From NCBI RefSeq assembly GCF_004010195.1, contig NC_057756.1, forward strand, positions 8,848,921 to 8,881,366: a stretch of 32,446 nucleotides of DNA, in the 5' to 3' direction. This stretch comes from Chiloscyllium plagiosum (lineage: Eukaryota). A model generated the notes under the pieces. The model did not search any database and was not told the DNA's origin. It worked only from the letters and a program-made list of their open reading frames with translations. The position numbers and the translations under genes were made by a program. Positions within the stretch are counted from its first letter, which is position 1, and every line of letters starts with the position of its first letter. This document shows positions 12,001-22,490 of the stretch, piece by piece.

Positions 12001-13331
12001 GGGATGGTGGCCTTGATTGCAAGTGGGTCAGAGGAAGGAGATGTTATTGCAGTTTCGAGAGGATAGGGGTAAGACCCAACCTGGAGGGCGATGTACTGTC
12101 TCAGTTTCCTTCATTAGACAGAATCCTGGGATAAATGGATCGGTACTCACTGGAGTTCGGAAGGAGAAGTGATCTTATTGAAACAGAACATTCTGAGGGG
12201 TCTTATTAAGACAGCGATGGAGCGGAATTTATTCTCTCAGAGGAAGTGATTCTGTGGAATTCTTTACCACAGGACTAGAGGCTGGATCATTCAGTATATT
12301 TTGAGGCTGAGAGACTGAAGGGCTACACGAAAAACACAGGGGTTGATCGTTTTCAGATCAGCCACAGACTAATTGATCGATTGGCCGAATGGCCTACGTC
12401 TGCTACTCCAGCTTGTGGACGGGGCACGTTCTGGTGTCTCCCGCTGCCCAGGTTGAAATTTTCCCCATGTGGGTGTGGATGCTCCATTGTTAAATCTGTT
12501 TCAAACTGAGTTGGACAGATTTGAACATTCCCATCCCTTATCCAATCCCTCCATGGCCTCAGCCCTCCCGATCTGTAACCACCTTCAGCTGTACAGCCCT
12601 CAGATCTCTGTGCTCCTGTCTCCCTGATATTTCCATTGCTGCCCCATTGGTGGCTGTGCCTTCAGCTGCCTGGCTCGGAAGCTCTGCAATTCCTCACCTA
12701 AACCTCTTTGTCAGTGTTTCTCCTCCCTCTGTGTCCCTCTGCCTCTCCTCACTTTCCTTGTGTCTGTTCCATTAAACCATCCAGGATTCACTCAGAAGTC
12801 CATCTTAGATTGCCTTGTTTCCCTCAATATCCACATCTCTATGGTCCCTGCCTTTTCTCACTGTGGGAAAAGGAACTACTGCAGGGCTCTCTCACTCTCT
12901 CCTCTGGCCCTCCCTCTGTCAGTCAGCACAGCTCCTGTGGAGTGCCCAGCTCTTGCCCATTGTCTCCCCTATAAGCCTCCTCTCCTCTACACTCTGTGCT
13001 CCATCACCGTGCAGCTCCTATCACCCAATTTCCAGCCGCCATTGGTCCCCAGGATGTTGAGGGTCATTTCATGTGTCTGTGCTCCTGAACAGTTCCTTTA
13101 CACACGTGTCCAAAGTGTTGGGTTCTTCTAACCTGTACTCTGCTGGTTTCTCTCTCCCCTAGGAATTGTGACCAAAAACAATGCACCACCAATCAAAAAT
13201 CAAGAATACATCCTCTGACAGGGGTTACCATTTTGGGTGAAGCACGGAGCCTTGTCCCAACAGCACCTGAGCATCAGGATGGAGCGGCTGGAGAACAAAA
13301 CCTTCTGGGGAACGGGGCTGTCCAGCACTGA
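6027..13331 (+). CDS. Gene 1: single-IgV B7/butyrophilin-like type I membrane protein, 252 aa; join(6027-6047,7606-7672,8708-9052,9192-9230,11171-11288,13163-13331)
   Basis: All five introns are GT-AG with matching phases (0,1,1,1,2), and the 759-nt frame is open. Order: leader, IgV, Pro/Thr stalk, TM, cytoplasmic tail, TGA at 13329-13331. Confidence 0.85.
6058..7470. repeat. G-rich minisatellite array in intron 1 (30-bp units left of the gap, 54-bp units right of it)
   Basis: GAGGGTGGAGGGAGGGAGGTGCAAGGGGGA x~4 at 6058-6186, and a 54-bp unit x~5.5 at 7165-7470. Confidence 0.95.
7606..7672 (+). CDS. Gene 1 exon 2: signal peptide core GPSSQKLLPLLLLLLNVVAAVS(G)
   Basis: Acceptor TTTTCTTGTTGCAG, donor TCAG|GTCAGT (phase 1). 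Hydrophobic core followed by a small-residue cleavage site. Confidence 0.88.
8010..8360 (-). mobile_element. Decayed CR1-clade LINE 3' fragment
   Basis: Minus-strand SRGLEY...RPHLEYCEQIWDP..RKDRLALERIQ. Confidence 0.8.
8708..9052 (+). CDS. Gene 1 exon 3: IgV domain (B7/BTN/MOG type)
   Basis: GFLGEQVVLPC, VIW, QDPRFRSRTNLFKDQLEQGNWSVLITDLRETDQEEYDC, VNLSV. Acceptor TTTTCCAG, donor ACAG|GTGAGA, phase 1-1. Sequons NGS, NWS and NLS. Confidence 0.95.
9192..9230 (+). CDS. Gene 1 exon 4: 39-nt Pro/Thr stalk (E)RAPTPGPNTPVL(G)
   Basis: Acceptor GTTTTCTTTAG, consensus donor TAG|GTAAGT, phase 1-1. Confidence 0.82.
   Translation, partial: SELLHLDRTHLY
9830..10790 (+). mobile_element. Old LINE 5' region (UTR plus endonuclease N-terminus) split by a Tx1 insertion
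   Basis: 10600-10790 reads NIWGL...LG....ITIPGYVL (apurinic endonuclease start). 9860-10005 also occurs inverted at about 29860-30100. Confidence 0.6.
10077..10541 (+). mobile_element. 5'-truncated Tx1/L1-clade retrotransposon with A-rich tail and 9-bp TSD
   Basis: Reads LLGLAKLAINRSR, then after a frameshift DCLPLFRGYVRAQVSLVKEHAVSTNTLEVFRERWAPQGVEC. AACTGAATG flanks it at 10068-10076 and 10542-10550. Confidence 0.85.
11171..11288 (+). CDS. Gene 1 exon 5: transmembrane segment
   Basis: (G)PGLATGARVGLGIGIVAGIVAIVVVGGIMGYIILERQR(W). Acceptor TTCTGTCTCTAG, donor TG|GTGAGT (phase 2). Confidence 0.92.
11430..12420 (+). mobile_element. Decayed CR1-clade LINE RT-to-3' fragment
   Basis: CAAGGATCAGTGCTGGGACCTCAG (QGSVLGPQ), TTTGCTGCTGATACAAAG (FAxDTK), and a GGCCGAATGGCCTAC tail. 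Confidence 0.8.
13163..13331 (+). CDS. Gene 1 exon 6: cytoplasmic tail and stop
   Basis: Strong acceptor TTTCTCTCTCCCCTAG, phase 2. Reads (W)NCDQKQCTTNQKSRIHPLTGVTILGEARSLVPTAPEHQDGAAGEQNLLGNGAVQH*. Confidence 0.8.
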
Positions 13332-13783
13332 CTGAGTTTCCACTGCACTGAGCCTGGCTCAGGGAGTGGTGGGGGCAGTCAGCCCAGTACTGTGGCAAAT
13401 GACTAGGAACATCAGTTAGTTCCTGATGATATTATTAACCTGTTCTCAGTGTGGGTGATGCTGCCAGGACCCCACTTATCAATTCAATCATTTGTATGTT
13501 GTGAATCTCATGTACAGTTCCTTTTCTGTGTACTGTGTGCCAGAGTGTGATTCAAGGGAACCTGGTATTGATGTCTGTATATAGAATTCTGTAAATATTT
13601 TATATTGATACACTTGTATTTCTGTCCTGTTATTTGTACTTGTATCGTACAGAGGTGTCATCCATGTTTAAATGTGATTTTTCTATATAATTGCATTTGT
13701 TGTAAAAATTAATTATGGATATATCTGTATTTCTGTCCTGATATTTGTAACTTTTCTACCTGTAGTTTTTGCTCCAAGCTGTG

Positions 13784-13789
13784 ATTAAA
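13784..13789 (+). terminator. Candidate polyadenylation signal ATTAAA of gene 1
   Basis: Ends a ~450-nt AT-rich, TGTA-rich 3' UTR, with GT-rich sequence downstream. Confidence 0.55.
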
Positions 13790-14071
13790 GAGAAACTGAT
13801 GCTGATATCAGTGGGTCTACAGTCTGATGTTTATTGACTCTGCTGGTCACTGCATGAACAAAGGGGCTGTCAGGCAGTAAGTCCCTGACTATGAATTGGA
13901 GAGAATGGAATTGGCTAAAGACTGGGATCAGTGATTGTGGGAATCTCAGGAGGAGGCTGGGTTTGAACATCCAGTTGGTGTTCCTGGTGACTGGGAATGT
14001 AGATGTTTGCAGAGAGGGAGAGAATGTGAGAGTTTCAGTTATCCCAAATATAATTTTTGTCACATTTGTCT

Positions 14072-14353
14072 AGGGCATAGGTTTAGGGTGAGGGGGGAAA
14101 GATATAAAAGAGACCTAAGGAATGACTTTTTCACGCAGAGGGTGGTGTGTGTATCGAATGAGCTGCCAGAGGAAGTGGTGGAGGCTGGTACAATTGCAAC
14201 ATTTAAAAGGCATCTGGATGGGTATATGAATAGGAAGGGTTTGGAGGGATATGGGCCAGGTGCTGGCAGGTGGGACTAGATTGGGTTGGGATATCTGGTC
14301 AGCATAGACGGTTGGGCCAAAGGGTCTGTTTCTGTGCTGTACATCTCTATGAC
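14072..14353 (+). mobile_element. CR1 LINE 3' end
   Basis: GHRFRVRGERYKRDLRNDFFTQRVV...NELPEEVVEAGTIATFKRHLDGYM, plus tail CTGTACATCTCTATGAC. Confidence 0.92.
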
Positions 14354-14870
14354 ATTACATCCCAAACTACATTCCCTGTCACTGCCAGGTTACCTCCAGT
14401 CTCCGTCACCATCTCTTTCTCTCTGCCTGGCTGCACTTATTCTGACATTAAACAACATCTCCTTTCATTCACTCACTTGCTCCAAACCAAAGGTGTGAGC
14501 TATGAGCACCCATGTGAGAATTGGCTTCCACTGATTTTTTTTTTGTCAAATACGTGGTTCTGCTCTAACCCCCCTCCCTCACCTCTTCCTCTGTGGAAAT
14601 TTAACAGCTGAATTAGTGTCATTTTCTGATTTCATTGTAGTTTTAGGAAGACTCTAGTTCAGAACACCTGAATTCATTGTAGTCTTTCATTGGCTATAAA
14701 TCGCTGTGGGACACTTTGGCCACAAATGGTGCTGTAGAAATGTTAATCTTTGTTGTTGAAATTATTCCAAGGTTTTAGGGGAATTGCTACCTTGTGTACA
14801 CTTGTTTGTTGGTGTCTATTAGTCAGTGGAGGTGGAGGATGTCACTATCTGCTGTCCATGCTCTTCATAC

Positions 14871-15200
14871 TTTTTTATAGTTCAAAAATATACATTAAAC
14901 ATAAATATCTTTGAATATATGCATAGTCATAAACAGTTCAGTTCTGTACAGTAGCACATCAAGGAAACGAATAAACTTTGGAGTTTGACTCTATCCAAGC
15001 AAGTCATCGACATCTCTTACACATGCAAGAACTATAGTTACATGCATTGGAGGCACGAAGAGGGTCTGATAACTGAACGGATCCCTATTTACCTTCAGCA
15101 GGAAGACCTCAGATGGTGGTCTTTCCCCACTGTGTCTTGGTGGCAGTTTCCTCAAGTTTTGGTGTGTCCCGTAGCACATAGTCCTGGACCTTGGAATTCT
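14871..15200 (-). mobile_element. Tx1/L1-clade 3' end fragment
   Basis: Minus-strand SKVQDYVLRDTPKLEETATKTQWGKTTI*, homologous to the C-terminus at 21860-21946. T-rich tail at 14871. Confidence 0.8.
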
Positions 15201-15727
15201 AGCTTGACCCCAATCAGATCCACCAACTCGTCTGTAATCGATGTGTATGTCTGTGACACCCCAACTTGTGCAGCAGACAGAGAGAGAGAAACATGCAAAA
15301 TTAATTCATCATGCTTCACCATGACCGAACACCAGGAGCAGAATTAGGCCATTCAGCCCATCTAGGCTGCTCCGCCATTCCATCATGGCTGACCGGTTTC
15401 GAGACACCACGCTAAGAGGGACTGAAATGTCTCATTTGGTGCTGTACATTTTGACAGGTCTGCAGCGCGGAAACAGCCCTTTGACCCATTGAGACCGTGC
15501 AAGTCAGAAACAGCCACCTTACTACTCTCCAAACCCCAACCCAGCCTTGGCATCACGAATGCCCATTGAAATCTTTCTCCAATGTGATGAGGGTTTTGGC
15601 CACTCCCACCCTTACAGGCAGTGAGTTCAAGGCCCTCTGGGTGAAAACGTTATCAAAACCTCTTGCCCCCTTCCTTCAATCTTTCACCCGCCCCGGTCAT
15701 TGATTCCCTGCATCAAAGAGGAAACTT

Positions 15728-16108
15728 CATAGAAATTCATAGGATCTCTACAATGTAGAAACAGGCCCTTCAGCCCAACAAGTCCTCTGAAGAGTCACCC
15801 ACCCAGAACCATTCCCCTACCCTATATTTACCCCTGACTAATGCACCTAACCTACACATCCCTGGGCACTATGGGACAATTTAGCATGGCCAATCCACCC
15901 TAACCTACACATCCCTGGACACTATGGGACAATTTAGCATGGCCAATCCACCCTAACCTGCACATTGTGGGAGGAAACTGGAGCACCTGGAGGAAACCCA
16001 CACAGACACGGGGAGAATGTGCAAACTCCACAGACAGTCACCCGAGGCTGGAATCGAACCCGGGTCCCTGGTGTGGTGAGGCAGCAGTGCTAACCACTGA
16101 TCCACTGT
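15728..16108 (-). mobile_element. HE1-like SINE with an internal 53-bp tandem duplication
   Basis: Reverse complement of the A/B-box head at 16050-16108. Duplicated units at 15846-15898 and 15899-15951. Confidence 0.9.
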
Positions 16109-16330
16109 TCCTTCTCATCTACCCTATCTGTGCCTCCCTCATCATTTTATACATCTCAGTCATGACCCTCCCCAACCACTCCCTCTCTCTGAATCTCCCC
16201 TGCTCGAAGGAAAACAACCCCCAGTCTGTCTAATCACTTTCCATCACTGAAACGCCCCAGCCCCCTCACAAGGCAACATCCTGGTAAATCTCCCTCTGCA
16301 TCTTCTCCCAACGCTGTCACCTCCCTCCTG

Positions 16331-16483
16331 GTTAAACATCACACAACACCAGATATTAGTCCAAAAGGTTTATTTGGAAGTACAAGCTAATAAAGCAGTT
16401 CCTGATGAAGGAGCAGCGCTCTGAAAGCTTGTGCTTCCAAATGAACCTGTTGCACTATAATCCAGTGTCGTGTGATTTTTAAC
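16331..16483 (+). ncRNA. Minimal hammerhead-ribozyme-like motif between 58-bp inverted repeats (Penelope-associated)
   Basis: CTGATGA(16402-16408)-A-GGAGC-AGC-GCTCT-GAAA-GCTT. Arms 16331-16388 and 16426-16483 are imperfect reverse complements. Confidence 0.55.
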
Positions 16484-18496
16484 TTTGAGAATCTCAGTCC
16501 AACACCAAACCCTGACCTCTGTCCTAGAATGTGGATTCCACACAATACTCTTGCTTTGTGGCCTCACCGACATGTTCTACAGTTCACATCACCTCCCTGC
16601 TCTTAAACTCTCAGCTAATAAAGGCAAGTGTCCCCCACAAGCCTTCTTAACCATTTAATCCACCTGTTCCCGAGTCCTTCAGGGACCGGTGGACAACAAG
16701 ACCCCATTGATCCGCAGAGCTTCCCGGGCTCCGACTGTGCATCATGGCTTCCCTTGCCTTGTTTAGCCTGCCCAAGAGCATAACTTCACCCTTATCCATA
16801 TCCACCTGCCCCCTGATCGGCCCAGTCTGACCAGCCCTGACTATAGCCTTCTTGGCACAAGGCTATCTTCCTCACTTCATGCCACCCCACCAATTTCCAC
16901 ATCATAACTGATTGAGCGACCCTCCCACATTCCAGTCCAAATCCTTTGTATAAGCCACAAACAGTATGGTTCCCCCAACACTGAGCCCTGTGGGATTCCA
17001 CTCATTATGGAATTCCAGTTAGAAAATCACCCACTGGACCACTACCTTCCGCTTAATCATTCAGTCACACGGCTTCGGAACAGACCCAGTTCACGCCGAC
17101 CATGTTCCCAAACTCAACTAGTCCCACCTGCCTGCTTGCTCCTGGCTCATATCCCTCCAAACCTTTCCTATTCACATCTTCTAAACATTACAAGTGTACC
17201 CACATCTACCACTTCCTCAGGAAGTTTGCTCCACATAACAACCACTCTCTGTGTGAAAGTAGTTGCCTCTCAGGTCCCTTTTAAATCTTTCTCCTCTGAC
17301 CATAAAAATACGCACCCTAGTCTAGAAGTCCCCCATCCTAGGGAAAAGACGCCTCACCTTTGCTTTACGCCCCTCATGGTTTAATTAACCTCTATAAGGT
17401 CACCCTTCAACCTCCTACACTTCGGTGAAAAGAGTCTCCTTATAACACAAACCTCCACCCCCAGCAACATCTTGGTAAATCTCTTTTAAACCCTCTCCAA
17501 CTTAATAATATCTTTCTTATAACAGGGTGACCAGAACTGCACACAGTGTTCCAGAAGAGGCCTCACCAACGTTCTGTACAATCTCAACATGACCTCCAAA
17601 TTCCTGAGCAATGGACGCAAATGTGCTAAACACTTTCTTAACCACCTTGTGATGCAAACTTCAAAGAATTATGTGCCTGATCCCCTAGCTTTCTGTGTCC
17701 TACAACACCAGGCAAGAACGTAACTGTAACTGTGTAAGTCCCGCCCTTGTTTCTTTTACCAAAATGCAATACTTAACATTTCTCCAAATTAACCTCCACC
17801 TGCCACTCCTCAGTCCATTGACCCAATCGATCAAGCTCCCTTTGTAATCTTAGATCATCATCTTCACTGTCCACAATTGGTGTCATCTGCAAACTTACTA
17901 ATCGTGACTCTGTGTGGGGACGAAAAGAAACAGGGAAGGCTTGATCTCAGAAATGTTGGAGATTTTGAGAGGGTTATCCCCTCAGACCAGAGAGAGATTG
18001 GATTGAACCGAAGAGCGCAAAAGGTTGAGATATTTTGCTGAATTAAATCGGAACTGTGTGAAGCGTATTCAAGTGAATGGTCGATATTGAATTCTGCAAA
18101 AACTGAAGGCAGAGAAATAAGGCATGGTTGTACAAAGGTTTTTTTCATAATCATTCTTAATATTTTGTCAGGAATGTGCAATAACTGTTTTTCTAAATAT
18201 AGAGGAGAGAGAGTGACAATGATGCAAGAATATTGTCAGCGTGGCAATGATACAGACGCTCAGCTGAAAGACTCTGCAGAAGTGACTCTACGCTGCCACT
18301 TCTTATTTTAAATTAATCCCCGGTGGTTTTTATTTTTTTAATTAATCCCCGGCTCCCCAAAGGCTAATCTTCTCTCAATATGACCGTCACAGACAGCAAT
18401 ACATTATAAACCAGTATGCTTCAAGTGCTTTGTGCCACAGTGGGAGTATTTCTTGCCTCAATATTGAGAGGTCCTGAGTTCAAACCTCACCTTCTC

Positions 18497-19170
18497 TAGA
18501 GTCATAGAGATGTACAGCATGGAAACAGACCCTTTGGTCCAACTCATCCATGCCGACCACACATTCTAAGTTAATCTAGTCCCATTTGCCAGCACTTGGC
18601 CCATATCCCTCCAAACCTTTCCTATTCATATACCCATCCAGATGCCTTTTAAATGCTGTAACTCTACCAGCCTCCACCACTTCCTCTGGCAGCTCATTCC
18701 ATACACGCAGCACCCTCTGTGTGAAAAAGTTGCCCCTAGGTCCCTTTTAAATCTTTCCCCTTTCACCTTACACCTCCAGTTTTGGATCCCGTACTCTGGG
18801 GAAAAGACCTTGTCTATTCACCTTATCCATGATTTTATAAATCTCTATAAGGTCACCCCCTTAGCCTTCAATGCTCCATTGAAATTAGCCCCGACCTATT
18901 CAGCCTCACCCATAGCTCAAACCTTCCTGCATCCCTGCAAAAGCCCTGCAAATCTTTTCTGAACACTTTCAAGTTTAACAACATCTTCCTATAACAGGAG
19001 ACCACAATTTACACAATATTCCAAAAGTGGCCTAACTAATGTCCTCTACAGCTGCAACCTGACAGTCCAACTCAATGCACTGACCAATAAAGGCAAGTAT
19101 ACCAAACACCTTCTTCCATCCTGTCTATCTGTGACTCCACTTTCAAAGAACTATGTACCTGAACCCCAAG
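18497..19170 (-). mobile_element. CR1 LINE 3' fragment
   Basis: Begins AGAGTCATAGAGATGTACAGCATGGAAACAGACCC, the reverse complement of the tail at 14280-14353. Confidence 0.9.
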
Positions 19171-19339
19171 ATGCCAACAGTGGAAAGAATGTTCGATAAC
19201 TCCCAGTGGTTGGCTGGGTACATCTCTTAAACCTTGCTAGCTATTGTTAATTTGTACAAGAGTATATAGACTTGTCTGTCCATCTGCCCGATCCTACTCC
19301 AGTAGCCCCTGTATGTTTTAGGACACTTTTGAAAGCTAT

Positions 19340-19720
19340 TTTGAGAGGGCTGGAATACATGAGCAGGAATGTACTGGTGACGCTCCATAAGATTCTGGTC
19401 AGACCGCATTTGGAATATTGTGAGCTGTTTTGGGCCCTGTATCCAAGGAAGGCCTTTGAGGGGGTCCCGGGAGGTTACAGTTGGTGAGGAAGAATAGAGG
19501 TGTAGACTATTTTCTAAATGAGGAAAGGCTTCAGAAATCGGAAGCACAAAGGGACTTAGATTTCCCTTAAGGTTGAAACACAGGTGCAGTTGGCAGTTGA
19601 TACAGTGTTAGCACTCATTTCAAGAGGGTTAGAATGGGGTTGAGAAACATGTCAGCCATGATAGAATTATGAAACCGATGGGCTGAATGGCCTATTTCTG
19701 CTTCTGTTGTGGCTTTATTG
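19340..19720 (+). mobile_element. Decayed CR1-clade fragments
   Basis: RGLEYMSRNVLVTLHKILVRPHLEYCELFWALYPRK, plus tail GGGCTGAATGGCCT. Confidence 0.8.
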
Positions 19721-20480
19721 TCCCCCAGGATCCACAGTTAAGCTCAAGACCACCACCATAGGCCCCTCTCTCGATGACTAGACCAGAGATGCCACTTTTT
19801 AAACCCGGTGATCAGCTCCTATATCCCTCTTGGGACACATTCAGGGTCATTCATAATCTCCTGACTTGCAGTAGCCTCCATCTGAATTCTGAGAACACTG
19901 ACTCTGCAAAGCTGCCAGCACCATCCGGTTCTGCTTCCTGACCATTGGTCTTCCTCACTCAACTTCCTCTTCCTATTCACATCTGTGCCACGGCTATTCC
20001 AGTTCAGCCCGTTGAAGTTAACCCATGGAATGGCCTTAATGAGTCCTCATTCGGAAAGTCCAGAACAAGCCCCTTGGCCCATTGAGTCAGTACTCTAAAT
20101 CTACACCGGTCCCACTTTCCCACACTCCGCAGCCTTGGATGTTCTGACCCTTTGAGTGATCATCCAAGTACTTTGTAAAGTTTGGGAGGTTTACCCCCTC
20201 AACTCCCCTCCCAGGCAGTGCATTCCAGACCCCACCACCCACCGGGTGCAAATCATTACTTCAAATCCCCCTCTAAACCTCCGGCGTCTCCCTGTGATAT
20301 TACAAGCCCTTCCTCATTGGTCTTTCAACAAAGGGTCTTTCAAGTCCTCACTTTCTCCTCTTTCAACAATATGTTTGTATAAGGGTGTGAGTGTGCCCAT
20401 CAGTGTGAATTGGTGTATATGTGAGTGTTTGAATGTGACCATTTGTGTGTGTGTGTGTCTACGTTTGTGTGACTTACATA

Positions 20481-20775
20481 ATCACGGAATTCTGACAGTG
20501 TGGGAGCAGGCCATTTGGCCCATCAAGTCCATACTGATCCCTCTGCAGAATGGCTCACCCAAATCCAACCCCCTTACCCTATCTCTGTAACCCTGTATTT
20601 CCCATGGCCAATCCACCCCAACCTGCATATCTTTGGACCGTGGGAGGAAACCAGAGCACCCGGAGGAAACCCATGCAGACACGGCGAGAGTGTGCAAACT
20701 CCACACAGACAGTTCATGTGGGTGGAATTGAACCCGGGTCCCTGGCACTGTGAGGCAGTAGAGCTAACCACTTTG
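20481..20775 (-). mobile_element. HE1-like SINE
   Basis: GGAATTGAACCCGGGTCCCTGGCACTGTGAGGCAG...GCTAACCACT is the reverse complement of the SINE head. Confidence 0.88.
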
Positions 20776-20866
20776 ATGCATATGTGTGTTAGTCTGAGAG
20801 TGTGTGTGGGTGAGTTTGTGTGTATGTGTAGGTGAGTGTGTGTATGGGTGAGTGTTTGTGTATGTG

Positions 20867-22156
20867 GCCTGCAGGTTAAGGCCTCCCTGTCGCCGTTTTC
20901 TGCTCGGATTCGCTGTCCGTGCACAGACTCATGTGCATATGTGACCAGTTCGAACAGGCCTCGGGGGCCAAGGTAAACCGAGGCAAGAGCGAGGCCATGC
21001 TCTTCGGGAACTGGGCCGACCAATCCTCGATCCCCTTCACCGTCAGGACCGACCACCTGAAGGTGCTGGGTATTTGNNNNNNNNNNNNNNNNNNNNNNNN
21101 NNNNNNNNNNNNNNNNNNNNNNNNNNNNNNNNNNNNNNNNNNNNNNNNNNNNNNNNNNNNNNNNNNNNNNNNNNNNNNNNNNNNNNNNNNNNNNNNNNNN
21201 NNNNNNNNNNNNNNNNNNNNNNNNNNNNNNNNNNNNNNNNNNNNNNNNNNNNNNNNNNNNNNNNNNNNNNNNNNNNNNNNNNNNNNNNNNNNNNNNNNNN
21301 NNNNNNNNNNNNNNNNNNNNNNNNNNNNNNNNNNNNNNNNNNNNNNNNNNNNNNNNNNNNNNNNNNNNNNNNNNNNNNNNNNNNNNNNNNNNNNNNNNNN
21401 NNNNNNNNNNNNNNNNNNNNNNNNNNNNNGTTCCCTGAGTAGACTGTCAAAGCCATTTGGCAGAATGCCTCATCGCCAGAACTTTCCAACAAGCACCAAG
21501 ACATGGCTTGGCTGGTGGTGAGAAGGGCTCTGCCTGCCCGGACTCTCAGCCGCACCGCACACTGCCCTCGAAGCGGCTGCGGGGGGGACGAGACTGTCAC
21601 ACACCTCCTTCTGGAATGTGCCTACGCAGAGGAAGTCTGGAGAGGAATGCAGTGATGTTTGTCGAGGTTCGTCCCGAGCAGCGCTGTGACGCGGGACTCT
21701 GTGCTCTATGATCTGTTCCCCGGGACGCACACCGAGACGAACATCAACTGTGCCTGGAGGATCATCAGCTCAGTGAAGGACGCTCTCTGGGTGGTCCGAA
21801 ACCTGCTGATCTTCCAGCTGAAGGAGTTGACCCCGACTGAGTGCTGCAGACTGGCACATTCCAAAGTCCAGGACTACGTGTTGAGGGATGCGCTGAAGCT
21901 TGGGGCAGCTGCCGCCAAGGCGCGGTGGGGAAAGACCACTGTGTAAAGTCTGCCTGCCGAACGAAGAACAGGGGACCCATGCAGTCTGCTGACGCCTCAG
22001 CTAATTATATGGGCATATGATTGAAAAATGTACAGACCTGTATAAAAATGATAAATTCTGATCTCTGTATGTACATGTTTACATATGTATGGCATGACCA
22101 ACCGGACAGACCATCAAATTATTTTATGAATAAAGTATATTTTTGAAATAAAAAAA
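20867..22156 (+). mobile_element. 5'-truncated Tx1/L1-clade retrotransposon (RT end, CCHC-type zinc knuckle, polyA) with 14-bp TSD
   Basis: FEQASGAKVNRGKS...LKVLGI, CPRSGCGGDETVTHLLLEC and ...ARWGKTTV*, with internal stops. AATAAA at 22129-22134. TGTTTGTGTATGTG flanks it at 20853-20866 and 22157-22170. Confidence 0.92.
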
Positions 22157-22354
22157 TGTTTGTGTATGTGTATGTGTGTGCATATGAGTGTATGTGTGGG
22201 TGAGAGTGTGTGACTGTGTGAGTGTGTAAGCAGGAATGTGTGTCTAAGTGTATGTGTGTGTATGTGTGTTTCTGAGTGTGTGTGTGTATGTGTGAATGTT
22301 TTTGTCTGTGTGTAAGTGTGTGTGTTTTTGAGTGTGTGTGTGTGTGTGTTAGTT

Positions 22355-22490
22355 AGGGACTGAGTTCCCTCAGTTGCCTGGACAGCTGCTTTGCAATGCA
22401 GCACGACACCAACAGTTTCAATTCCCGTACTGGCTGAGGTCATCCTTGAATACTCTCCTTCTTGACCTCTCGCTCTCGCCCTGAGGTTGG
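22355..22490 (+). mobile_element. Decayed tRNA-derived SINE (second family)
   Basis: CTCAGTTG...TTTGCAATGCAG..GACACCAACAG..TTCAATTCCCGTACTGGCTGAGGT, homologous to 29020-29127. Confidence 0.6.

Larger units (their letters stand above)
15455..17900 (-). mobile_element. Patchwork of CR1-clade LINE fragments with nested SINE and Penelope-like insertions
   Basis: ISKFADDT at 17875-17900 on the minus strand, CR1 3'-end sequence at 17075-17600, and older copies at 15455-16330 and 16500-17050. Confidence 0.75.
20380..22350. repeat. Degenerate (TG)n microsatellite tract split by SINE and Tx1 insertions
   Basis: TG-rich blocks at 20380-20475, 20780-20866 and 22157-22350. Confidence 0.85.

Noticed and set aside
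15540-16260. Similarity to 25910-26255, suggesting a segmental duplication of gene 2 intron 2
   Set aside because: Both are CR1 3'-end sequence, probably one old subfamily. No paralogous exon lies next to the first copy.
17905-18352. Non-repetitive-looking stretch with a short duplication (AATTAATCCCCGG x2)
   Set aside because: No convincing exon, ORF motif or element termini.
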